From contig OZ024758.1 of the NCBI GenBank assembly GCA_964016885.1, positions 15,748,001 through 15,812,000 of the forward strand: 64,000 bases of DNA. Reading direction: 5' to 3'. The notes under the pieces were generated by a model. The model saw nothing but the letters and a program-made list of their open reading frames with translations. It did not search any database and was not told the DNA's origin. Both the position numbers and the translations under genes were made by a program. This DNA comes from Eledone cirrhosa. Lineage: Eukaryota. Positions 58,001 through 64,000 of the stretch are shown here, one piece after another; the first letter of the stretch is position 1; each line of letters begins with the position of its first letter.

Positions 58001-60814
58001 TAGGTGAGTTAGGTTTAGGTTTGGTTTGAATGTGTCTTGGATTAAGATCCACTAAGTTTGTCATATTATCGTTTTTACTAGTACCAACCACACTAGTAAC
58101 ATTGGATGTTTCCATATTTGATTCAATGGCATGATTATTTTTTATATCCAGAGACATATCATTGTGAATTTTATTCGGATCAATGATATTGTTTGATAAT
58201 GTCTTATCATTGGAACTAATCTCTTGGAGAATTTCAGACAATATTTCTTTATCGTTAATAGAAAATTCACTTTCAATTGTAGGCTTGTCTTTTGGAACAT
58301 TTTCCACACAATTCTTAACTTTAGTCATTATTTGATTATCTTTAAATAATTTCTTACTTTTCGTCACTGGAATTTCTGCTAGAATTTCAGATAAAAACGT
58401 ATCACCTGCATCGTCTGATTTTTTCACATCTTTATCTTTTCTTTTTCCGAACCAATTAAACACTTTATTTTGAGTACTGCTGTTACTATCATTTTTATTC
58501 AAGGTATTGATGGACACACTTGGATTACCTTCAGAATCTGGAATATTTTCAGGATGATTACACGTTTCTAAATTCTGAAAATTCTTTGGAACATTTTCTG
58601 TAGGGGTTTCAGAACAATCATTTTGTAACCAAACATCGTTTGGGTCAGGAGTTAAGTTTTCCCACTTAGCTAACAGTTCATCTGAGTATGATTCATTGAT
58701 ACTAAGAGTATTTTCTGGAGTAATATTTTTATCCTCATCATTAGGAGGAAACAAGCTAGATAACTCAACGACATGTGCAGCAGTATTATGCAATGATGTT
58801 TCAGTCTGTTTTAATTCTCTACTAGGAACACGTTTTGACAATGGTGAACACCCTGAAACTGCCAACCGTTTAACAGATGTTCCTGAAGAACCAGTGTAAT
58901 TTTTTACAGGGGTCACTGGTTTTTCAATAGGTTCTGTTGCTTTCAAGGCTGTGTATTCCACATTAGTGTCTCTACATCCTATAGATTCATCTTCTTTCAC
59001 ATATTTCTTTTGAATTTTAGGCTTTAATAATTTATTTTTACGATTAACTTTTCTCGAAGTTGAAGTCTCAAGACTCTGATTTATTCTGTTTTCCACCGTG
59101 TTTTTTAAACCAACAGACGAAGAGAGGAAGCTGCGTTTATAAGATTTTTGGGGCTTTCTCTCAGGGGTCTCTTCTACAAAACAACGGCCAGTTTTACAGT
59201 TTGATCCTTTTACAAATATAGGCGAAGAAAACTGTTCAGGAAAACTAGAAGTGCTATCTTTCGGAGAAACTAAGTCAGAAGTTATTCCCATTTCTGATTT
59301 CTCTTTGCATCTTGGTACGTTTGAGTTATTTGGAGAAGAATCTTTATCAAATTTCCCTAAACCATCAAAAGTGTCAGTTTTTTTTGTAGAAATTTGTTTG
59401 ACTGGTGTTTTAAGCACAGGAATAGAATTAGTCATATTAACCGTTTCCACATTCATAGCTTTTGATATGTTGGAACAATTCTGCAGAAGATGTGCACTAG
59501 TAGTTAAATTATCATCAGATACACAGACATTCTTTGAGGAAGTTCCATGATGAGAGACTTCAGGAATCTCAACAGTTTCTTTTTCTACTGATTTCACAAT
59601 GTCTGAGGTAGTTGGGAGAGAAAATGGACTAAAATTAGTCAAATCATCGAAGGCACTAACTGTCTTAGAACAAGATTTTCGGGGTTGTGGATCAGGAATT
59701 ACATTCAACTTGTTAATAATGTCTGTTGTATTCTGATTTGGGCCAGTAACCATTGTAAACAGCAATGGATTTGTGGAGGTATGACATGGAACGGATGGCT
59801 TCTCAGGACTTCTAGTAGTTTCTGTTTGGTTCTGTACTTTGGTAAAATCTTCCTGTTGTGTCGACACATAAACAGTTGATGTCTTTCTCGACAGCCGTAA
59901 TCGGTTTTTGAAATTTGGTTTTCCAACAACAGAAAACAAATTACCTTTATTTGAATTATTCTAAAAACAAAATAATAATAATAATAATAATTTCATTTAT
60001 TATAAAGACGAAAGAAACTACAGTACAATACAAAATAATTGTTTCTACTTTTGGCACAAGGCCAGCAATTAACCCAGTGCATTACTGGTGCTATATTTTA
60101 TTGACTCCATAAGGATGAAAGGCAAAGTTAACCTCGGCAGTATTTGAACTCAGAACGTAAAGGGCCGTTACTCTATACTGCAAAGCATGGCGTCCGACCC
60201 TCTACCGATACTGCCAATCCAGTACAATACAAAATAAAATAATGCAAATAAAGAATATATGAAATGCATTGTCTTACCATAAAGAAGGATATTTTTGGCT
60301 GGCTGGAATCCTAAATAAAATGAAAATAAAATCTGTTAGACAAAGTATAAAGAAATAAGTCGGTGTGGTGGGTTAAAATCCTAATTATCTCAATTCTACT
60401 TCCTTTACATCAGGAATACCCAAATTGTTTTAGTCCATTGACCACTTCATGAAATCCCACTTAAGGATAAATTATAGCCCTTTTCCTACTGACTAAGTGA
60501 TTAACAAGTTTAAGGTCGCATTCATGAAGACACGAGAGGTTCCAGTGCTCTTAGCTATATCGTTATCTTTTGTTCTGGCAGTGGTTCGTTTGTCCCCCCC
60601 TTTCGCCTGCCTTTTGATGTATGTGGTCCAAGATGTGTGTATTTTTTCTTCTTTTCCTTTCTTTATACAATTGTGAATAAAAACTTTAACTCTCAAAAAT
60701 ACAGTGCAGAGTAGGAATTGCAAAAAAAAAAAAAAAAAAGTATTAAAGAATCTCCATAAGTTCAAAGTTCTATAGAGACATATTTACCGAGGCGGCTTTC
60801 CCAGGTTTCCCCAT
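27000..60814 (-). CDS. DNA2: DNA replication ATP-dependent helicase/nuclease DNA2, 32 coding exons, 1760 aa (whole gene span)
   Basis: Exons join in a consistent phase (5283 nt = 1761 codons). Motifs: Fe-S cysteines (LFCMRK; [10 protein letters not shown]), nuclease [18 protein letters not shown]...PLELKTG, SF1 helicase [55 protein letters not shown]. Confidence 0.96.
27036..28391 (-). other. U12-type (minor spliceosome) AT-AC intron of DNA2
   Basis: 5' ATATCCTTT (28391-28383); branch box TTCTTTAAC (27053-27045) followed by TGAAATTAC| acceptor. Confidence 0.88.
27697..28020 (+). mobile_element. SINE family A copy (inside the U12 intron)
   Basis: Near-identical to 2863-3197. Confidence 0.85.
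28392..28538 (-). CDS. DNA2: DNA2 exon 31 ([20 protein letters not shown])
   Basis: AG acceptor; ends at the U12 donor ATATCCTTT; motif VI. Confidence 0.93.
28695..29065. repeat. 40-bp minisatellite interrupted by a SINE B insertion
   Basis: GGACCCTAGGCTTCAACACATACAGCCTTATAAATAATGA units on both sides of 28765-28948. Confidence 0.8.
29279..29488 (-). CDS. DNA2: DNA2 exon 30 ([12 protein letters not shown]...[11 protein letters not shown])
   Basis: AG/GT; helicase motifs IV/V. Confidence 0.95.
30471..30563 (-). CDS. DNA2: DNA2 exon 29 (VPAPE...NSIEAKLI)
   Basis: AG/GT; NxxEA motif. Confidence 0.92.
31296..31376 (-). CDS. DNA2: DNA2 exon 28 (PWMLDVV...VLFLNT)
   Basis: AG/GT; FLNT motif. Confidence 0.88.
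31455..31780 (+). mobile_element. RTE-clade LINE fragment
   Basis: [18 protein letters not shown]...WYGQV, degenerate. Confidence 0.8.
31936..32041 (-). CDS. DNA2: DNA2 exon 27 ([17 protein letters not shown])
   Basis: AG/GT; conserved SNxLxYxGxLxCG. Confidence 0.93.
32783..32869 (-). CDS. DNA2: DNA2 exon 26 (GMDKSLF...LQYRMN)
   Basis: AG/GT; QYRM motif. Confidence 0.94.
33224..33790 (+). mobile_element. Internally deleted Tc1/mariner transposon
   Basis: ~90-bp TIRs starting CAGGGGTTGGACAAAATAATG after TA; ORF 33413-33748 is the Tc1 N-terminal paired-like HTH ([12 protein letters not shown]...[13 protein letters not shown]); DDE domain absent. Confidence 0.9.
33962..34200 (-). mobile_element. 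Penelope-like element 3' end with degenerate minimal hammerhead
   Basis: Minus strand AUGAAGA-A-GGGC UUAU GCCC-GAAACGUC (34080-34053; C3 mutated), then AATAAA, a short tail and (TA)n. Confidence 0.6.
34228..34427 (-). CDS. DNA2: DNA2 exon 25 (VVATTC...[11 protein letters not shown]...VGDSKQLPP)
   Basis: AG/GT; Walker B and motif III. Confidence 0.95.
34956..35084 (-). CDS. DNA2: DNA2 exon 24 ([12 protein letters not shown])
   Basis: AG/GT; FLRxG motif. Confidence 0.92.
35698..35813 (-). CDS. DNA2: DNA2 exon 23 (GKTSTIVAL...[13 protein letters not shown])
   Basis: AG/GT; Walker A GKT and motif Ia. Confidence 0.93.
36327..36375 (-). CDS. DNA2: DNA2 exon 22 ([11 protein letters not shown])
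   Basis: AG/GT; first half of Walker A. Confidence 0.92.
37666..37718 (-). CDS. DNA2: DNA2 exon 21 ([15 protein letters not shown])
   Basis: AG/GT; helicase Q motif LNxxQ. Confidence 0.9.
38582..38661 (-). CDS. DNA2: DNA2 exon 20 ([12 protein letters not shown])
   Basis: AG/GTGAG; LRxLIID motif. Confidence 0.9.
39370..39492 (-). CDS. DNA2: DNA2 exon 19 (FKVDK...NNLITLM)
   Basis: AG/GT; phase consistent. Confidence 0.88.
39527..40773. repeat. ~65-bp minisatellite present as two duplicated blocks (39527-39935, 40406-40773) around an RTE fragment
   Basis: Both blocks begin TTATTATGTAAACCAGAATTATTCTGAAAGTTCTAG. Confidence 0.88.
39985..40323 (+). mobile_element. RTE-clade LINE 3' fragment
   Basis: [12 protein letters not shown]...GRPRKTW; (TGA)n tail. 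Confidence 0.87.
40818..40967 (-). CDS. DNA2: DNA2 exon 18 (barrel domain)
   Basis: AG/GT; DGVAVSIE...[17 protein letters not shown]. Confidence 0.88.
41440..41900 (+). mobile_element. Second RTE-family LINE fragment (related pieces at 495-676, 6955-7260, 29120-29250, 37790-38100)
   Basis: [30 protein letters not shown]. Confidence 0.7.
42260..42364 (-). CDS. DNA2: DNA2 exon 17 ([10 protein letters not shown]...FKRH)
   Basis: AG/GT; ERExxGxCIxNL motif. Confidence 0.88.
42575..42918 (-). mobile_element. SINE family A copy
   Basis: Near-identical reverse complement of 2863-3197. Confidence 0.85.
43320..43505 (-). CDS. DNA2: DNA2 exon 16 ([20 protein letters not shown]...IWC...ER)
   Basis: AG/GT; stalk-region similarity to DNA2. 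Confidence 0.9.
43665..44080 (+). mobile_element. RTE-clade LINE 3' fragment, rearranged
   Basis: [24 protein letters not shown]...GRPRKSW; (TGA)n tail. Confidence 0.83.
44222..45225. repeat. 54-bp minisatellite (~18 copies) in a DNA2 intron
   Basis: CACACATGTAGCCTACACCAATAGAATCATCCATGTCTTACTCCTACTTC(C/T) unit; explains the 338-aa repetitive ORF. Confidence 0.95.
45237..45652 (+). mobile_element. Two tandem copies of tRNA-derived SINE family B
   Basis: TGGCAGTATCGG A-box-like, GAGTTCAAATCCC B box, GCCTTTCATCC..GGGGTCGATAAA central domain; further copies at 28765-28948, 31095-31240, 37045-37232, 50794-50980, 52230-52400, 56915-57122, 60035-60220, 62575-62760. Confidence 0.82.
45662..45833 (-). 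CDS. DNA2: DNA2 exon 15 (LIQLRNE...[13 protein letters not shown])
   Basis: AG/GT; three Fe-S cysteines CxxCx5C. Confidence 0.93.
46380..46640. repeat. 22-bp minisatellite derived from the 3' end of DNA2 exon 14
   Basis: CATGTTTGGCTAAAACAGGGAG unit, about 9 copies. Confidence 0.85.
46645..46765 (-). CDS. DNA2: DNA2 exon 14 ([24 protein letters not shown])
   Basis: AG/GT; QVxLY and GLLLYLK motifs. Confidence 0.93.
47924..48004 (-). CDS. DNA2: DNA2 exon 13 (VVPLELKTG...EHKGQ)
   Basis: AG/GT; ELKTG nuclease motif. Confidence 0.93.
48623..48665 (-). CDS. DNA2: DNA2 exon 12 ([14 protein letters not shown])
   Basis: AG/GT; catalytic Asp of the PD-(D/E)XK nuclease. Confidence 0.93.
48825..49125 (-). 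mobile_element. CR1-like LINE 3' end fragment
   Basis: Same 3' end family as above. Confidence 0.75.
49674..49742 (-). CDS. DNA2: DNA2 exon 11 ([10 protein letters not shown])
   Basis: AG/GT; diagnostic DNA2 motif. Confidence 0.93.
50312..50419 (-). CDS. DNA2: DNA2 exon 10
   Basis: AG/GT; [28 protein letters not shown]. Confidence 0.87.
51399..51484 (-). CDS. DNA2: DNA2 exon 9
   Basis: AG/GT; [28 protein letters not shown], phase consistent. Confidence 0.85.
52076..52138 (-). CDS. DNA2: DNA2 exon 8 ([21 protein letters not shown])
   Basis: AG/GT; MLxGxxxH nuclease histidine motif. Confidence 0.9.
52955..53243. repeat. 289-bp near-perfect palindrome (143-bp arms, 3-nt loop)
   Basis: Arms 52955-53097 and 53101-53243; flanked by (TA)n and a ~70-bp tail. 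Confidence 0.93.
53498..53522 (-). CDS. DNA2: DNA2 exon 7, 25-nt micro-exon (AVLNERFR)
   Basis: TTTCAG/GTTAGT; needed to restore phase; resembles human RRAVLSETFR. Confidence 0.85.
53976..54140 (-). CDS. DNA2: DNA2 exon 6 (GDIVHI...[25 protein letters not shown])
   Basis: AG/GT boundaries; first Fe-S cysteine. Confidence 0.93.
54695..55030 (+). mobile_element. SINE family A copy
   Basis: Near-identical to 2863-3197. Confidence 0.85.
55264..55329 (-). CDS. DNA2: DNA2 exon 5 ([22 protein letters not shown])
   Basis: AG/GT boundaries; CxLxxxW OB-fold motif. Confidence 0.88.
55955..56720. repeat. 46-bp tandem array (~16 copies) expanded inside a SINE/RTE-tail element (55795-56810)
   Basis: TTACAGTGAGTGCTGGGTGCTTTTTCGTGGCACCTACACGTCCACT; occurs as a single copy in SINE A and at 32475-32765. 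Confidence 0.92.
57221..57301 (-). CDS. DNA2: DNA2 exon 4 ([27 protein letters not shown])
   Basis: AG/GT boundaries; NRYxV matches the start of the conserved DNA2 core. Confidence 0.88.
57769..59960 (-). CDS. DNA2: DNA2 exon 3, 2192-nt exon encoding a low-complexity N-terminal region
   Basis: 724-aa ORF in the track; TTTTAG acceptor at 59962-59961, GTAAG donor at 57768; phase 2 joins exon 4 in frame. Confidence 0.88.
60278..60310 (-). CDS. DNA2: DNA2 exon 2 ([11 protein letters not shown])
   Basis: TTTAG acceptor, GTAAG donor, 33 nt, phase 0/0. Confidence 0.72.
60788..60814 (-). CDS. DNA2: DNA2 coding exon 1 (putative start; MGKPGKAAS)
   Basis: ATG at 60814, donor GTAAAT, upstream acceptor TTTCCAG at 60843-60842 (implies a 5' UTR intron); phase 0 matches the next exon. 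No homology support. Confidence 0.6.
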
Positions 60815-60889
60815 CGTTTATTGCAATGTCGGCAAAAAGAACTGGAAATTAGTAAAAACAAAAACGAAATCAAGTGTGAGTAATATAAT

Positions 60890-62110
60890 GATAATGAAAT
60901 TATTGTGTACAGTGCTCAGGTGCACTACAACTCATCAAAGGTGCATGTATAGTACATAGAATAATATACAAATGTCAGGGAAGTGAATAGTGTATGAGTC
61001 ATGATATACATGTGTGCGTGTGTATGGAGGGGGAATATTAGGTGTAGTGTTGGCGAATCTCAGGAAGCATGGAGGTTTTAAAGGATGCAGTGTCTCGACA
61101 GCTAACAACTGATACAGGTAGTTTGTTCCATGCTTCAGCAACTCTGAGCGTTTAAAAATGTTTCCGAAAGTGATGGGAGCTGTTCTGTTTTCTGACTTTG
61201 TTGGACGTTGCAACTCGGTGCAGTAACAGTTCCAGTCTGCTTTATTCCAGTGAGCAGTTTGGAGATGGTTGTGGTTTTTGTTATTGCCCATGAGGGATAG
61301 ATTGGCAATGATCATAGAATGATCAGAGTCACTTAAAGGTTCCTCAGTAGTAACACTAATAACTGATTCAGGAGTAGTGGTGTAGAGTAGATCCAAAGTG
61401 TTGTCACTTCTTGTTGGGGAGGTAACTACTTGGGACCAGTTTGAGTCCAAACTAGCTCAAAGAAATCATTTGTGCTTTTTGGCCAACGAAAGGTTTCCCA
61501 GTCAATCTCAAGGTGATTGAAGCCCCCTGAAATAAAAACATAAGTGGCTGTTTTCCTGGCAGCAGCAGCTGAGGATATCACAAAGTTGAGTAACCTGATG
61601 GTAATTTAGGGGATGGTAAACAACTCCAAGTAGTAGTGTTGACATAGTCATACGTATATCGCAGAAAAATACTTCTTGCTGCGATTGGTTCAAATCAACA
61701 CAAGGAATTGCTGAAAAATTTGACCGAACGTAGACCATTGCACCACCACCACCACCACGATTAATGCGGTCTTTACGAAACAAGTTGTAGCCAGTTGTGC
61801 TGAAAACCCCATCACAGAGTAAGGAATATGCCCATGTTTCTGTGACTGTAATGAAGTCAGGGTCGATACTTTTGACGTAGGGGTCAAAAAGATGTATCTT
61901 ATTGCATAGACTACGTGCATTAAAGGACAACAATTTGTACCTTGATTCCAGTCTATGATTATGTGCAGAGGATGGCAGGTTGTTCTGATTTAGTTTCCCA
62001 GAGTTTTTTCAATTTTTTTAATTGTCAGTTGTTGTGGGTAGTGTTTTCAGACCAGCTGGTATCTCTTTTCCATGTTTCACTAGCCTTAATAAACTTCCAT
62101 ATCTGCCCAT
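60890..62110 (-). mobile_element. CR1/L2-group LINE remnant: APE endonuclease joined to the element 3' end
   Basis: NARSL..K, TETW, GYNLFRKDR..GGG, GDFN, PTR..NTLDL, SDH motifs with frameshifts; then [10 protein letters not shown] and a (ATT)n tail shared with 360-490, 18140-18420, 43140-43250 and 48825-49125. Confidence 0.85.
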
Positions 62111-62131
62111 CATCATGTGTGTGTGTGTAGA

Positions 62132-62492
62132 AGAGGGGTCTCAAACTCAAGGACATAAAAGGGCCATTTAGTCCTGGAGGAGAGGCACGGTGGGCCAAAC
62201 ATGGTGATGGGTAATGATTTTCACCAGTTATAATCATTTCTACTATAGGCACAAGGCATGAAATTTGGGGTTTAGGGTCCCGTCGATTACATCGATACCA
62301 GTTCACAACTGGTACTTAATTTATCGACCCCAAAAGGATGAAAGGCAAAGTACCGCGAAGCATTTCGCCAGATGTGCTAACGATTCCACCAGCTCGCCGC
62401 CTTATTTTCACCAGTTATAATGCAATCTGAAATATTGGTTCTACCACGGGCCATAGAAAAGTAGTTCGCGGGCCGTATGTTTGAGCCCCCAG
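62132..62492. mobile_element. hAT/Charlie-like MITE with a nested SINE B carrying an 18-bp target-site duplication
   Basis: GGGGTCTCAAAC / GTTTGAGCCCC termini; ATTTTCACCAGTTATAAT duplicated at about 62217 and 62404 around the SINE. Confidence 0.65.
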
Positions 62493-64000
62493 ATGGAGAG
62501 ATAGATAGATAGACGTGTACCAAACACACACATTTCTTACTCTGACTCTCCCTTTCTCTCTTTATTTATATATATAATTGTTTCTACTATTGGCACAAGG
62601 CCAGAAAATTACCCAGTACATTACTGGTACTTTATTTTATCGACCCCGTAAGGATGAAAGGCAAAGTTAACCTCGGCGGGATTTGAACTCAGAATGGCAA
62701 GGGCCGTAACTCTATGCGTCAAAGCATGGCGTCCGAACCTCTACCGATACTGCCAATCCAAATGCGTTGTTATTTGACGTTGTTGAAAAGAGCAGTGGCC
62801 TTTGACCCGGCAATAAAAACTGGAAACAAAATTCTTTCTGTACCAAAAACAAGGCACACACAAGTTTGTGTGCGTGTATGTATCTATCTATGTCTAATAT
62901 AAGGGATACAGATATTGTTTGCTCACTGTCACCAAGCATCTCAATTCATTCGTAGCAACTAAGTTTGTGATCGAGGCACTTTATTTTGCAAGTTAGTATT
63001 TTCCCCTTGAGTTTGTGATTCCAGAGAAAGGTAAAAAATTCTTCATATTTTGCATCTTTTGTATTTTGACTTGTATTTTGAATTGTAGAATTGTCTAGCC
63101 ACTAAAAATATTGCGACAGCTAACAGTGAAATATAGAATTTAAAAAAACAAACTTTTTCGACTGACATCAAGTCTTTGAGAACATTCACGTATATTTTTC
63201 AAAAATATATAATTTGAAATAGTTTGCTTTTGTTTTGGACTGAAACTTTTTTGTATTTAATTCGTACGAGTTTTTTTTTTTTAAGATTCTAACATAACTT
63301 GATTTGGTCCAGTAATTTACTGATATCAAAATCAGTAGTATATTGAAAAATGGAAAAATAGGGTAGGGGGCCTTTCGTGATTTCGAGGGGCAAAATGGGC
63401 CGAAATGGGTTGAGAACCAGTGGTTTAGCACTTTTGTTAACGAGATAAATACAATGTTTGTTTATGTATTTCTGTTTTCCTATGTATTGTGTGTGTATGC
63501 AAAAAGATCTGCACACGAATATATAATTATATATATATAAAATTAAAAGGTGTATGCGGGTTAGAAGCGAAGTCAATGTTCAAAATGGTTTTACAAATGT
63601 ACGTAAGATTGGCCGGTATAGTGTCTCACACGAAATAGTGTGGTTTCTTTTCACTTGTGTGTATATGCGTGTGGTATGTATCATAATCTATAAAGCTCAG
63701 TGTGTGGTCATGCTCCTTCGTTATAGAAATTTACGATATAGAATTTCTTCAATTGAAATTTACAATTCAGTATTCGAAATAGTTTCGATTGCGTCTTGAC
63801 GAAGATAATTTTTTCAATTTCACCCACAATTACGCAAAAAATAGATAAAACTCAATATTTTACGATTTTTCTCTCTCGAACTCTTTCTACTACCATTCAA
63901 AATCTATACAACTTCATACTTTCTGCTACTTTCTCTTTCCAAGCTTGGTGATACTGTCCGTTCACACCACTCCCTACTGTCTTAAATTTAGAAAACACAT

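Overview
AT-rich, intron- and repeat-rich animal genomic DNA, not prokaryotic. The SINE, LINE and microsatellite landscape suggests an octopus or other cephalopod (inference). Two convergent protein-coding genes were reconstructed by hand from splice sites and reading frame. (1) The last three coding exons of sedoheptulokinase (SHPK) lie on + at 16233-23243; its upstream exons were not found in the window. (2) An apparently complete DNA2 nuclease/helicase lies on - with 32 coding exons at 60814-27000 (5283 nt, 1760 aa plus stop). It has a ~750-aa disordered N-terminal extension, a 25-nt micro-exon, and a last intron of the minor-spliceosome (U12) AT-AC type. The rest is TTAA/piggyBac-type MITEs, two tRNA-derived SINE families, RTE, CR1 and CRE-like LINE fragments, a deleted Tc1 element, hAT MITEs, TE-derived minisatellites and (TA)n tracts. 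The most unusual non-genic signal is a set of short elements embedded in (TA)n that have fold-back palindromes and hammerhead-ribozyme cores (CUGAUGA...GAAA..UH), consistent with several Penelope-like retroelement or retrozyme families. Most long ORFs in the supplied track are microsatellite or tandem-repeat artefacts. All family assignments come from motif recognition, not database searches.
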